From an uncultured Pseudomonadota bacterium (GTDB lineage Bacteria; Pseudomonadota; Alphaproteobacteria; JACZXZ01), in assembly GCA_963749075.1 (NCBI GenBank), contig CAVVLJ010000017.1, positions 160,001 to 224,000 on the forward strand: a stretch of DNA of 64,000 nucleotides. Direction: 5' to 3'. This document shows, one piece after another, positions 19,379-29,321 of the stretch. The notes under the pieces are model-generated. The model saw nothing but the letters and a program-made list of their open reading frames with translations. It ran no database searches and was not told the DNA's origin. The translations under genes and the position numbers were made by a program. How positions within the stretch are numbered: position 1 is the first letter of the stretch; each line of letters starts with the position of its first letter.

Positions 19379-19926
19379 TGCACGACCTCGGGCGTAATAC
19401 GCCACAAAAGAGCTGCGAGGATGGCCACCGCGTAGGGCATCGGCTCGCGTGCCGCCATCCTCGCGGCCTCGACCCCGAGCAGCCGCACGAGCGGCCCCCT
19501 TCCGCGCACCTCGTCGTCCCGCGCGGCGGCGGTCCCGCGCGTCATGCCACGAAATATCCGGCCGCCGACCAGATATACGCAGGCGAGCACCCCGCCTGCC
19601 AGCGCAATGTCGAGGAGCAGCGTCAGCATGCCCCCGACCGATTCACCCAGCGCCGCCGCGGCGATGAGCTTGGCGTCGCCGCCGCCGAAGACGCCCAGCC
19701 CTGCCAGCAGCGACAGTGCAACGAACAGGCCAGCCGCGCCGGCAACCCCCGGCCACAGCGGGCCCGCCGCCGCGAGAACCCGGATGAGCGCACCGCTCAC
19801 CGCCACCAGGATCATACAAGTGTAGGGCACGATGCGCTCGCGCACATCGACCACGGCGGCCCACGCCGCTGCCGCCAAAATGACGATCCTTGAGCACACA
19901 AGAATGGCCGGAATCACCTCGCTCAT
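19348..19926 (-). CDS. cpaA: Prepilin peptidase CpaA/TadV (A24 family)
   Basis: DVRERIVP, GGGDAKL, MPYAVAI; short and hydrophobic, no PilD-type methylase domain. Confidence 0.85.
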   Translation of the reverse strand: MSEVIPAILVCSRIVILAAAAWAAVVDVRERIVPYTCMILVAVSGALIRVLAAAGPLWPGVAGAAGLFVALSLLAGLGVFGGGDAKLIAAAALGESVGGMLTLLLDIALAGGVLACVYLVGGRIFRGMTRGTAAARDDEVRGRGPLVRLLGVEAARMAAREPMPYAVAILAALLWRITPEVVQCLSGASCSS

Positions 19927-19982
19927 CTGACGAACGTCCGCGCGTGCCGCCGCCGGGCGCGTTGCCGCGCCCCGCGACACGC

Positions 19983-20180
19983 TCAGTGAGGCGTGTTGCC
20001 GAGGTGGCCGGCGATCATGTTGAAGGTCGCGGTCAGATTGGTACCGACCAACGTCACCGCCACGATGATGGCAACGGCGATCAACGCCGCAATCAGGCCA
20101 TACTCGATGGCGGTGACGCCACTTTTCGACTTCAACGCCAGCAGGGACACGGCAATCCGAGCTAACTCCATCATGATCAT
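19983..20180 (-). CDS. flp: Flp/type IVc pilin (copy 1)
   Basis: G/VTAIEYGLIAALIAV Flp motif; RBS AGGAG. Confidence 0.93.
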   Translation of the reverse strand: MIMMELARIAVSLLALKSKSGVTAIEYGLIAALIAVAIIVAVTLVGTNLTATFNMIAGHLGNTPH

Positions 20181-20335
20181 CTCCTGGGCTGGTTACGCCG
20201 AGTTTCGAAACATCAGGCTATACCTCCTATTGGGCCGGCGCGAGCTATGCTTGCCAACAGGTTGCTGCGCCATGGGTAACGACCGCAGCTCCATCCACTT
20301 CCACCGCAACCCCCGCAACAGCACCCAATCCGTCG

Positions 20336-20521
20336 CTAGGAGTTCCCGAAAAACCCGGCAAGCGTATTGAACGTAGACGATAGGTTGCCCGCGACCAAGT
20401 TGACTGCCGCGACAATCGCGATGGCGATCAGGCCCAGAATGAGCCCATACTCGACGGCCGTGACGCCGCGCTTCCCGCCAAGCGCCGCTACGGACGCAAT
20501 CGACCGCGCCAGACGCGACAT
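20336..20521 (-). CDS. flp: Flp/type IVc pilin (copy 2, divergent)
   Basis: G/VTAVEYGLILGLIAI; ATG at 20521 with GGGGAG RBS. Confidence 0.88.
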   Translation of the reverse strand: MSRLARSIASVAALGGKRGVTAVEYGLILGLIAIAIVAAVNLVAGNLSSTFNTLAGFFGNS

Positions 20522-20789
20522 GCCGGACTCCCCCTTACGGTCCCACGGGCCTTGCAGATTGAATCTTAACACAAAAAATGCCATAATGCAGCGTTTCGTG
20601 TAAAGCGCGGCAGCGGCAGAGGGAACGGAGCGGTTTGCTGTTCTATGTCCGCAGCTTCGCTGGCAGGGTGTGGCGGCCGGCTGCCGCATGTGCGGTCGCC
20701 GGGGACGGGCGAGTTGGAGTTGCCGTAGGACGGCGGGCAATATAATTGCGCCGGACGGGGCTCCAACTCCATTTGTGGGGGCAGGTATC

Positions 20790-21608
20790 ATGATGCGGGG
20801 GGCGCGTTTAGCTGGACTCGCGGTGCTGATGCCGTTGGCACTCTCGGCGTGCGGCACGCTGTCATCGCTTTTCGACACCTCAGGTTCCCCAAGCGTCGAC
20901 CAGGCGGCGCAAGCCCAAGGGGCGGACCAGCAGGGCGGCTCGAGCCTCTCGACGTTGAAGGAGCTGCGCCTTGCCCGGGCCGCCCGCTCGGCAGGGGACC
21001 TCGTCTCGGCCGTGAACCTCTACCGCTCCGTGCTGGCGAGTCGCCCCAAGGACGACGCGCTTGCCGTCGAGCTCGGCGATACCTTGCTCGAGCTTGGCGC
21101 CATCGATGACGCAATCGGCGTCTACAGCAAGATCGGCGACACCTCGCCGGCCCGAGTCGGCGCCGATCTCGGCCTCGGCCGCGCGCAGATCGCCTTGCAC
21201 CAGCCCGCGGCGGCGCTGGCCTATTTCGACAGCGCCCGCAGCCTGGCGCCGAACGACCCGAAGGTGCTCCTCGGGCGCGGGGTGACGCTCGACCTGCTCG
21301 ACCGGCACGAAGAGGCTCAGGCAAGCTATCGCGAGGTGCTGAATACGCACCCGCGCCATGTGGCGGCGCGCAACGACCTGGCGCTTTCGCTGGCGCTCAC
21401 CGGGGACTATGCGCAGGCGGTCTCCATCCTGTCGCCGATCGCGCTGTCGCCCATAGCACCCGTCAAGGTGCGGCAGAATTTGGCCCTCATCTACGGTCTC
21501 GAGGGCAATTCGCAGCGGGCGGCCCAGATCAGCAGGCTCGACCTCAGCGAGGCCGATACCGAGGCCAACCTGCGCTTCTTCGAGGCCGTGCGCGAGCACA
21601 AGAACTGA
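20790..21608 (+). CDS. tadD: TPR lipoprotein, TadD/CpaO-like pilotin
   Basis: Lipobox LSAC, TPR repeats, RNDLALSLAL, RQNLALIYGL. Confidence 0.8.
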   Translation: MMRGARLAGLAVLMPLALSACGTLSSLFDTSGSPSVDQAAQAQGADQQGGSSLSTLKELRLARAARSAGDLVSAVNLYRSVLASRPKDDALAVELGDTLLELGAIDDAIGVYSKIGDTSPARVGADLGLGRAQIALHQPAAALAYFDSARSLAPNDPKVLLGRGVTLDLLDRHEEAQASYREVLNTHPRHVAARNDLALSLALTGDYAQAVSILSPIALSPIAPVKVRQNLALIYGLEGNSQRAAQISRLDLSEADTEANLRFFEAVREHKN

Positions 21609-21745
21609 CGCGACTCGAAGGGCCTCTCCGCCTTCTCCGGATGGGCCGGCAGTCCGAGCGCCGGCAGCGCCTACGGCCGTCCCCAGCCGCAGCGATCCGC
21701 GGCCAGCGGCCCGGGCGGCAGGGCTCTCGCGGCGCCCCGCTCCAC

Positions 21746-22132
21746 TCATGGAAGCGGAAAGCATGCGCTCGATGTGAGCGTGAGCGAGTAAGGGAAGAGC
21801 CACGGCACGGCGAAGCTGTAGGGCAGGCTCGCGGTGACCATGGAGCCGCAGCTCGGCGTGCTTAGCGCGAAATTCGACGCGGTCACCGCGAGGCCGGCCG
21901 AGGCCCGCACGGCGAAGCTTTGCACGGCCGCTGCGGTGCCGCACAGGCTGCTGTTGATCGAGGCGCAGCGGGCGGCCGACTCCTCCGCATAGTCGAGGGT
22001 GGTCTGGGTCCAGATGATGCGCCCGAACTCGAGCAGGCCGGCCACGAAGAGGAGCGCCACCGGCAGCGCGAACGCCATCTCGATTGCGGCCCCGCCGTTT
22101 CTTCCCGAGGGATTTCGCCGCATGCGCATCAT
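21746..22132 (-). CDS. TadE-like pseudopilin
   Basis: G/AAIEMAF prepilin-like motif, LLEFG, AARCA, Cys residues. Confidence 0.85.
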   Translation of the reverse strand: MMRMRRNPSGRNGGAAIEMAFALPVALLFVAGLLEFGRIIWTQTTLDYAEESAARCASINSSLCGTAAAVQSFAVRASAGLAVTASNFALSTPSCGSMVTASLPYSFAVPWLFPYSLTLTSSACFPLP

Positions 22133-22144
22133 GGCCGGCTTCGC

Positions 22145-22600
22145 CTATTGGATCCGGACGATCGCCGTCGCGGTCAGAGTGAGCGGATCGGGCGGTGCTG
22201 GATAAACGAGGATCGTATGGTGCTGGAGCTGGGCGCTCACTTGCACGTAGGTTCCGGGGGTGACGTTGCCCGAGCATGTACTGCTGCATGAGACCTGGGT
22301 GAAGGCGCCGCCGGTGCTGCAGCCGCACATCTCGCTCGGCGCGGCGTTGGCGGTGATCTGGCTGTCCCCGGTGCCGCTGGCCACCGCGCTCGAGATCTTG
22401 GCCTAATTCCAGCCGTTCTGCTGCGCCCATTGCGCGCCGGCCTCGGCGGCGGCTTCGACTTGCATCCACTCGTAGGCCGCGAGGCCGAGATCGAAGAGGG
22501 CCGTGAGCATGAGGAGCGGCAACGTTGCGGTCGAGGCGAGCTCGATCGCGACCGAGCCTCCCCTCGGATCGCGGCAAATTCGGCGAGCCGCCGCCTGCAT
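22145..22600 (-). pseudogene. TadE-like pseudopilin interrupted by in-frame TAG at 22403-22405
   Basis: GSVAIELA...AAEAGAQWAQQNGWN*AKISSAVASGTG...CGC...IVRIQ reads in one frame across the stop. Confidence 0.75.
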
Positions 22601-22963
22601 GCCCTCCATGGCCCACGTCCCGCTCTGCAACGAGCCCTGCCCTCGCCATACGGCCGCGGAGCGCCGCCGCCACTCCGCCGGCCGGCCGCGCACTTGTCCC
22701 GGGCTCGGCTACTGCTCCATTCAGGTCGCCCAAATCATAGCGCAAAATAACAAAAATTCGGTTACCGGAGGCGGTGGGCGCCGGTGCGGCGATGCTGGCG
22801 CGTTCCTTGCGCGGTGCGGGCCTTGCAGGCGGCGCGCCACGGCGGCCCCAGGCGCCCGCCAGCCGGAAGCCGCAAGAGCTGCCGCTCTGCCGCCCGTTCG
22901 ATTTGCCCCGGTGCGAATGCAATTTGCAAAGAGGCTTGCAAACTGCAGCAAGCCCGCCGCCGC

Positions 22964-24229
22964 CTATTCCACGAGCTTGGGGGTGCTGTTGTTGTTGAGC
23001 GCAAAGGCTTGGCCGCTGCAGCCGACCGACAGGCTCTGGCTGCCGCCGGAGAGCGTCACGTCTTTTGCGACGATCTGCAGGCAGCTGCTCGTGAGGTTGC
23101 TGCCGTTCGAGTTGCTGATCGTCTGTTTGGGAAAATAGAGCGCGCCATCGAGGGTCAGCCCCGAGCCGCCCGTGAGGGTGACGGTGCTGATTGGCGCGTT
23201 CGGGGCATCGAAGAAAACCAGGTCCGCGGTCGGGCCGGTCGCCGGCGCCGTCAGATTGATGGTCGTGCCGTTGCTGAGCGAGAGCGTCGCGCAGTTGCTC
23301 CCCGTGCTGCTGGTCAGCACGATGGTGACGCCGTCGCCGGTGAGCAAGGCGCCGCCCGCGATGCTGAAGCTGCCGCGATCGATGATGTAGACGCCCGGGC
23401 TCATCGTCATCGAGCCGTAGGTCACGGAGAAGCCGTTGCAGTAGACGCCCGGGCCTGCCGTGAGCCCCGGCCCGCCGACGGAGTAGTTCGTATGGTTGCA
23501 ACCGCTGAAGCTCGGCACCGAGACGTTGGAAAAGGGATTGGCCGTGGCCGCGGCTCCGGTATTGACCCCATCCGTCGCGGTGACCGAGGCGCCGTTGTTC
23601 TGCGAGAGGCCGCCGACGATCGAGATCTCCTGTGCCGAAACGGTCGACCCGCCGGTGGCGTAGAGCGCCTGGCTCGACGAAGAATTGACGCCCACGGTGC
23701 AGCCGTTGAAGTTGGCCGCGGCACCGTTCGATGCCTGGAACGCCTGGCTGCCCGACGTGTCGAGCACGATCACGCAGGCGCCGACGCCGCCCGCGAGCGC
23801 CACGGCGCGCACGCCGACCGTCATCGAGGAATGGCCGAAGAGATCGGCGAGAATGAGAGACTGCGGCTGACTGACGACGACTTCGACGGCGTTGCTGTTG
23901 GAGGTGTAATTTCCGCCCGCGGGCGGCTTTTTGACGGTCACCGTGACGTTGTCGCTGCCGTTGGCGAAGCCCTTGAGCGCGGCCATCGCGATCGCTTCGT
24001 TCGTGTAATTCGCCGGATAGCCCTTGGTGATGGCGGTCGCCGCGGCCGTCGCCGCCGAATCGGCGGCGGACTGCATCTGGCGCGACACCATGAGAAGGCT
24101 GGTCACTTCCGTGCCCAGCGAGGCCATGCCGAGGGTGACGGTCGAGAGAATGGCGATCTGTACCGCGATGCTGCCCCGCCGCGAGCGGAGCACCGCTGAG
24201 ACTGCCGTGAGGCGGTCGCCGAGCCTCAT
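22964..24229 (-). CDS. TadG-related pilus tip/adhesin-like protein
   Basis: GSIAVQIA leader, MQSAADSAA Tad N-domain, Ser/Thr/Gly/Asn-rich C-terminal region with Cys residues; RBS AAGGAG. Confidence 0.8.
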   Translation of the reverse strand: MRLGDRLTAVSAVLRSRRGSIAVQIAILSTVTLGMASLGTEVTSLLMVSRQMQSAADSAATAAATAITKGYPANYTNEAIAMAALKGFANGSDNVTVTVKKPPAGGNYTSNSNAVEVVVSQPQSLILADLFGHSSMTVGVRAVALAGGVGACVIVLDTSGSQAFQASNGAAANFNGCTVGVNSSSSQALYATGGSTVSAQEISIVGGLSQNNGASVTATDGVNTGAAATANPFSNVSVPSFSGCNHTNYSVGGPGLTAGPGVYCNGFSVTYGSMTMSPGVYIIDRGSFSIAGGALLTGDGVTIVLTSSTGSNCATLSLSNGTTINLTAPATGPTADLVFFDAPNAPISTVTLTGGSGLTLDGALYFPKQTISNSNGSNLTSSCLQIVAKDVTLSGGSQSLSVGCSGQAFALNNNSTPKLVE

Positions 24230-24356
24230 CTCGCTCCTTCCCTGCGCCGCAGCGCATAGCTCGAGGCGCGGCGCGTCGGACGAACGAACGCCGCTCCTCG
24301 CGCCCGGGACCCGGCCGTCGCCTGCGAGCCGTGCTGCCGAGCGGATGCCGCCAAGC

Positions 24357-24548
24357 TCAGTGCGGTGAGTTGCCCAGGTGGCCGGCGATCACATTGAACG
24401 TCGCGGTCAAATTCGTCCCGACCAAAGTGACGGCCACGATGATGGCGACGGCGATCAATGCCGCGATCAAGCCGTACTCGATGGCGGTAACGCCGTCCTT
24501 CGACTTCAGCTTAAGAAGCGAACCGACGAGCCGAGCAAAATTCCGCAT
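24357..24548 (-). CDS. flp: Flp/type IVc pilin (copy 3)
   Basis: G/VTAIEYGLIAALIAV; mature peptide 42/44 identical to copy 1. Confidence 0.93.
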   Translation of the reverse strand: MRNFARLVGSLLKLKSKDGVTAIEYGLIAALIAVAIIVAVTLVGTNLTATFNVIAGHLGNSPH

Positions 24549-24748
24549 GATCGTGTCCCCAGCTAATTCGAACGAAGCCCCTGACCGCCCGTATGAATTC
24601 CGGCCATTCAATGCAGATATACTACATACAAGCGATTCTGTTACAATAAAGTTATCGATTCGGCGGTTGACGGGAAGATTTCGTTGCGATCTGCTCGCAA
24701 CTGAGCCCATGGTTCCGCGCCGGGGAACCGAGCCTGACGGGGGACAGC

Positions 24749-24973
24749 ATGGCGACAGCCGACGCGCATTGCCGGGCTTGCAGGTTCTGGCATCCGACCC
24801 AGACGCGCGACCCGGCGGATCCAACTCGAGTCTTGATGGTCAGCGATCCCGAGAAGGCGTCGATGGGCCAGTGCAGGCGCTGGGCGCCCCATCCCGGCGT
24901 GCCGTCCGTCATCGGCGAATGGCCGAAGACCAATGCCACGGACTGGTGCGGCGACTTTGCCGCCCGCCCCTGA
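24749..24973 (+). CDS. Small four-Cys protein (74 aa)
   Basis: CRACRFW...GQCRRWAP...WP...DWCGDF; GGGGA RBS. Confidence 0.75.
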   Translation: MATADAHCRACRFWHPTQTRDPADPTRVLMVSDPEKASMGQCRRWAPHPGVPSVIGEWPKTNATDWCGDFAARP

Positions 24974-25022
24974 TCGCCCCAGGCCGGGCCGCCTGCAAGG
25001 CAAGCCGAGGCATTGGGAATGT

Positions 25023-25099
25023 TGGTCGGGCGGACTGGATTTGAACCAGCGACCCCCAGACCCCCAGTCTGGTGCGCTACCAGGCTGCGCCACCGCCCG
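25023..25099 (-). tRNA. tRNA-Pro (anticodon GGG)
   Basis: CGGGCGG acceptor stem, D-arm GCGCAGCCTGGTAGCGC, anticodon arm CCAGA-CTGGGGG-TCTGG, T-loop GGTTCAAATCC, encoded CCA; 77 nt. Confidence 0.97.
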
Positions 25100-25187
25100 A
25101 CCGCAGTGAGACGCGGCAAGAGGCACCGCGCGGCCGCACTCTAGCGGCTGCCCCGCGCTGCCGCAACGGTGTCGCCGCTCGGCCGTC

Positions 25188-25706
25188 TCAGCGGTTTCCC
25201 GGCTCGCCCAATCTTGCGCGTAGCAAGTCCCTGAGCGCCTCGAGCTCCTCGAGCATGGCCTCGAGCGCGCGGCGGTCGATCGCCGCCTCGCGTGCGGCAG
25301 CGGGGCCGGCCGCTGCAGCCGCCGGAGCCGTGGCGATGTCGCCGTTCTCCGGGGCTTGGCTGCGCTGCGCCGCAGCGCCGGCCAGAGGCGCCTCGCCGGC
25401 CGCGGCCACGCCCTTGGCGCCGCTCTCGCGCAGCAGCTTCTGGGCACCCCTGATGGTGAAGCCGTCGCGGTAGAGCAGATCGCGGATGGCGCGCAGCAGC
25501 ACCACGTCCTCGGGCCGGTAGTAGCGCCGCCCGCCGGCGCGCTTCATGGGCCGAACTTGCGCGAACTTGGTCTCCCAGAAGCGCAGCACGTGCTGCGGCA
25601 CGTCGAGCTCCTCCGAGACCTCGCTGATCGTGCGGAAGGCGGCACTCGACTTGCCGGCCCGCGGCGGCCGCGGCTCGAGAGGCAAGGCGCCGGTTGCATT
25701 CGACAT
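25188..25706 (-). CDS. MerR-family transcriptional regulator (ihfA-linked)
   Basis: [26 protein letters not shown]; usual ihfA-merR-tRNA-Pro order. Confidence 0.92.
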   Translation of the reverse strand: MSNATGALPLEPRPPRAGKSSAAFRTISEVSEELDVPQHVLRFWETKFAQVRPMKRAGGRRYYRPEDVVLLRAIRDLLYRDGFTIRGAQKLLRESGAKGVAAAGEAPLAGAAAQRSQAPENGDIATAPAAAAAGPAAAREAAIDRRALEAMLEELEALRDLLRARLGEPGNR

Positions 25707-25708
25707 TG

Positions 25709-26029
25709 TCAGGATGCCCGCGGAGCACCCGAGCGCGAGGCCGCGTTGATGCGGTTCTTGAGCACGTGCGAGGCGCGGAACACCAGCACCCGGCGCGGCA
25801 GAATCGGGACCTCCTCTCCGGTCTTGGGATTGCGCCCCACGCGCCGGCCCTTCTGGCGAACCGAGAAGCTGCCGAACGAGGAGACCTTGACGGTCTCGCC
25901 CTTGGTCAGCGCATCGGCGATCTCGCCGAGCACGGATTCGACCAGGTCCGCCGATTCGTTCCGCGACAGGCCGACTTCCTGGTAGACCGCCTCGCTGAGG
26001 TCCGCCCGAGTGATCGTCTTGCCCGACAT
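25709..26029 (-). CDS. ihfA: Integration host factor alpha subunit
   Basis: [28 protein letters not shown]. Confidence 0.96.
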   Translation of the reverse strand: MSGKTITRADLSEAVYQEVGLSRNESADLVESVLGEIADALTKGETVKVSSFGSFSVRQKGRRVGRNPKTGEEVPILPRRVLVFRASHVLKNRINAASRSGAPRAS

Positions 26030-26183
26030 GGTGCCCCCTCATCTCCCCTATCAACGGTACGCCGAACCGCGAAAGCGGTCAATTTGAAAGGGATACCGGA
26101 CGGATTTCACGCGCGATCGCATGGCAGCCCGAAGGCCGCCGCCGGCCCGGCGGGTAGCTGCCGCAACTCCCCTTGCCGCCCTG

Positions 26184-27158
26184 CTACCAGCGGATCAGCC
26201 CGGCACCCCAGGCGAGGCCGCCGCCTATGGCCTCGATCAAGAGGAGCTGCCCGGGCTTGATGCGGCCGTCCTTGACGCCCTGGTCGAGGGCCAGAGGCAC
26301 CGAGGCGGCCGAGGTGTTGGCGTGGCGATCGACCGTCTTGATCACTTTGTCGTCGGCGAAGCCGAGCTTGCGCGCGGTGCCGTCGATGATGCGCTGGTTG
26401 GCCTGGTGCGGCACCAGCCAGTCGACGTCCGCGGCGGCGAGCCCGTTGGCCTGGAGCGCCTCTTCGACCACCTGCGAGAGCTTGAGGACCGCGTGACGGA
26501 AGACTTCGCGGCCGTGCATGCGCACATGGCCCACCGTCTGGGTCGAGGACGGCCCGCCGTCCACGTAAAGGAGATCGTAGAGCCGGCCGTCCGAGTGGAG
26601 ATGGGTGGAGACCACCCCGCGGCCGCGCGGGCCGAGCGGCCCGGGCTCGGCGCGCAGCACGAGGGCGCCGGCGCCGTCGCCGAACAGCACGCAGGTGTTG
26701 CGGTCCTGCCAATCGAGGAGGCGCGAGAAGGTCTCGGAGCCGATGACGAGCGCCGTCTTCGCCTGGCCGAGTCGCAGGGCGTTGTCGGCGGCTGCGAGGG
26801 CATAGATGAAGCCGGCGCACACCGCCTGCAGATCGAAGGCGGCGCCGCGCTCGATGCCGAGTGCCGCCTGCACGCGCGTCGCGGTGGCGGGAAAGGTGTC
26901 GTCGGGCGTGGTGGTCGCCAGCACGATGAGATCGACCGCCGAGGCAGGGACGCCGCTCGCCGCGAGCGCGCGGCGCGATGCCTCGAGCGCCAGATCGGAG
27001 GTGCGCTCGCCCGCGGCCGCGATGTGGCGCTGGCGGATGCCCGTGCGCCCGACGATCCACGCGTCGTTGGTTTCGAGCGTTCGGGCAAGCTCGTCGTTGG
27101 TGACGATGCGCTCCGGCAGATAAGCTCCGCAGCCGACGACCCTCGAGTGGAAGAGCAT
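26184..27158 (-). CDS. fabH: Beta-ketoacyl-ACP synthase III
   Basis: [22 protein letters not shown]; ATG overlaps plsX stop. Confidence 0.96.
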   Translation of the reverse strand: MLFHSRVVGCGAYLPERIVTNDELARTLETNDAWIVGRTGIRQRHIAAAGERTSDLALEASRRALAASGVPASAVDLIVLATTTPDDTFPATATRVQAALGIERGAAFDLQAVCAGFIYALAAADNALRLGQAKTALVIGSETFSRLLDWQDRNTCVLFGDGAGALVLRAEPGPLGPRGRGVVSTHLHSDGRLYDLLYVDGGPSSTQTVGHVRMHGREVFRHAVLKLSQVVEEALQANGLAAADVDWLVPHQANQRIIDGTARKLGFADDKVIKTVDRHANTSAASVPLALDQGVKDGRIKPGQLLLIEAIGGGLAWGAGLIRW

Positions 27159-28207
27159 CAGCCGGCTGCCACCTGGGGCTTCTCGTCGCGGGGGGCGCTC
27201 ATGCGCTTGAACTCCTTCTTGATGCGGTCGTTGAAGCCTCCCGCGGCGAGATCGACCGCGACGCCGATGGCGTTGGCGAAGCCGAGCGCGTCGGTGCCTC
27301 CGTGGCTCTTGACCGCGATGCCGTTGAGACCGAGCAGCATGGCGCCGTTGTAGCGGCGGGGATCCGTGCGCACCTGCATCTTCTTGAGCGCACTCCGCGC
27401 CATGAGAAAGCCGAGCCTGGCGACGAGCGAGCTCTTGAAGGCCTGGCGCACGAACTCGCGCAAGAGGCGCGCGGTGCCCTCGGCGGTCTTGAGCGCGATG
27501 TTGCCGGTAAAGCCGTCGGTCACGATGACGTCGACCGAGCCGGCGGCGATGTCGTCGCCCTCGACGAAGCCCTCGAAGCGGATCGGGAGCGGCGTGTCGC
27601 GCAGAATGGCGCTCGCCGCCTTGACCGCCTCGCGGCCCTTGACCGGCTCCTCGCCGACGTTGAGGAGGCCGACGGTCGGCCGCTGCAGGCCGAGCAGGGT
27701 GCGCGCGAAGAGCTCGCCCATCACGGCGAACTGCACGAGATTGTTGGCGTCGCATTCCACGTTGGCGCCGAGATCGAGCATCACGCTCTCCCCCCTGAGC
27801 GTGGGGAAGAAGGCGGCGATCGCCGGGCGGTCGATGCCGGGCAGCGTGCCCAGGATCATCTTGGCCATGGCCATCAAGGCGCCGGTGTTGCCGGCCGAGA
27901 CCACGGCCGCCGCCTTGCCTTCGTGCACGGCGACGATCGACTCCCACATGCTCGAGCCGCGTGCCTGGCGCAAGGCGTGCGAAGGTTTCATGTCGCCGGG
28001 CACCACCTTCTCGGTGTGCACGAGCGAGATGATCTGGCGCAGCTTGGGCTTGCGCTTGATGAGCGGGGCGACCTTGCGCTCGTCGCCGAAGAGGAGGTAG
28101 CGCACGTTGGGATGACGGATGCGCGCGATCGCGATGCCCTTGATCACCACCTTGGGCGCGCTGTCGCCGCCCATCGCGTCGACCGCTATGGTCAAGGGTT
28201 GTTCCAC
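27158..28207 (-). CDS. plsX: Phosphate acyltransferase
   Basis: [30 protein letters not shown]. Confidence 0.96.
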   Translation of the reverse strand: MEQPLTIAVDAMGGDSAPKVVIKGIAIARIRHPNVRYLLFGDERKVAPLIKRKPKLRQIISLVHTEKVVPGDMKPSHALRQARGSSMWESIVAVHEGKAAAVVSAGNTGALMAMAKMILGTLPGIDRPAIAAFFPTLRGESVMLDLGANVECDANNLVQFAVMGELFARTLLGLQRPTVGLLNVGEEPVKGREAVKAASAILRDTPLPIRFEGFVEGDDIAAGSVDVIVTDGFTGNIALKTAEGTARLLREFVRQAFKSSLVARLGFLMARSALKKMQVRTDPRRYNGAMLLGLNGIAVKSHGGTDALGFANAIGVAVDLAAGGFNDRIKKEFKRMSAPRDEKPQVAAG

Positions 28208-28335
28208 GCGGCCTTATCCTCCGGCCTGAGGCTGCGGCCCCGCACCGACTTCCCGGCCCGTCGTCCGCCAGCAGTGCATCACAAGCCGCGAGATCGGTCC
28301 ATCGCTCAATCGCAGGTCCGCAGTGCCGCCGGCGG

Positions 28336-28518
28336 CTAGGCGGTCTCGACCGCGACCACCTCGCGGCCGCGATATTGCCCGCAGGCCGGGCAGACGTGGT
28401 GCGGCCGCATCAACTCGCCGCAATTCTGGCATTCGACGTAGCTCGCCTTTGCCAGCGCGTGGTGGGAGCGGCGCATGTCGCGCCGCGACTTGGAGGTCTT
28501 CTTCTTTGGAACAGCCAT
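28336..28518 (-). CDS. rpmF: 50S ribosomal protein L32
   Basis: [19 protein letters not shown], two CxxC. Confidence 0.97.
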   Translation of the reverse strand: MAVPKKKTSKSRRDMRRSHHALAKASYVECQNCGELMRPHHVCPACGQYRGREVVAVETA

Positions 28519-28625
28519 GACGGGGCACTTTCAAGCTGTGACGAGGGGACGGCGGCCGCGAACGGAAAGCCCGCTTAGATATAGGAAATCCGCTGCAACG
28601 GCAAGATGATGAAGAGGGCGCATCG

Positions 28626-29198
28626 TCACGCGCCCCGCTTGGCCAGGCGGCTGAGCACGGCAAAGGGGCTCTCCTTGGGCTCCTCGCCCAGGCTGATGCC
28701 CTGGCACTTGCCGAGCACGTCCTCGAGGCGGATGCCGGGCTTGCGCGGATAGAGGTCGAGCGCCAGCGCCAGCTGCTGGGCGACCGCCTCTCCGATGTCG
28801 ATGGCGCCGTGCTGGATCGGCTCGGGCCAATCGTCGCCCGCCTCGCCGGGCGCTCTGCCGCCCCGCGCCGCGATGCGGGACGCCGGCGCGTAGAGCAAGG
28901 AGAATTCCTCCTCGACGCGGCCCTCGACCGGCTCGAGCGAGACGACGCAGGTCTGCACCACGTCGGCGAAGAGACGCCCCTCAACGCGCACGATGGGTCC
29001 TTTCTCGATGCGACGCAGCCTCACGTCCGCGTCGAGCCGCTCGAGGGCGATGAGGCCGAAGCGCGCCGCGAGCGCCCGGCACTCGTCCTCGCGCGCGCCG
29101 ATGCGCTCGGCGACCTCGCCCTGCTCGAGGCGATCGACCGCGACGAAACGGGAGAACTCGGCGCGGCTCAGGGAGTGCTTGTCCATGCTGGCTGCCAT
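28626..29198 (-). CDS. YceD/DUF177 family protein
   Basis: QTCVVSLEPV, IDIGEAVAQQLALALD, SPFAVL; upstream of rpmF. Confidence 0.88.
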   Translation of the reverse strand: MAASMDKHSLSRAEFSRFVAVDRLEQGEVAERIGAREDECRALAARFGLIALERLDADVRLRRIEKGPIVRVEGRLFADVVQTCVVSLEPVEGRVEEEFSLLYAPASRIAARGGRAPGEAGDDWPEPIQHGAIDIGEAVAQQLALALDLYPRKPGIRLEDVLGKCQGISLGEEPKESPFAVLSRLAKRGA

Positions 29199-29321
29199 CA
29201 GGTGGGGCCAGGAATAGGCGATCTCTCGCCCGCAGCCTGCAAAGAAACTACCATAAATGCTTCCCCGCCGCCAAGCAATGCCACCGCCCGCGGCCGGCTG
29301 GACGCTCTGGAAGCAGCCTTC

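Noticed and set aside
20522-20878. N-terminal extensions of pilin ORFs in the track (180 aa and 155 aa versions)
   Set aside because: Flp pilins are about 60 aa; downstream ATGs with RBS give canonical prepilins and the extensions overlap promoters or opposite-strand genes
22403-22405. Pyrrolysine or other programmed recoding of the tadE amber codon
   Set aside because: No pyl genes in the window and TAG is used as a normal stop by many genes here
22860-22915. GGGCAAA on the minus strand resembling a c-di-GMP-I riboswitch start
   Set aside because: No following GAAA-capped stem or GACGCAAAGC segment
25023-25045. attL/attR direct repeat of the tRNA-Pro 3' end bounding the tad region
   Set aside because: No convincing second copy seen and no integrase in the window
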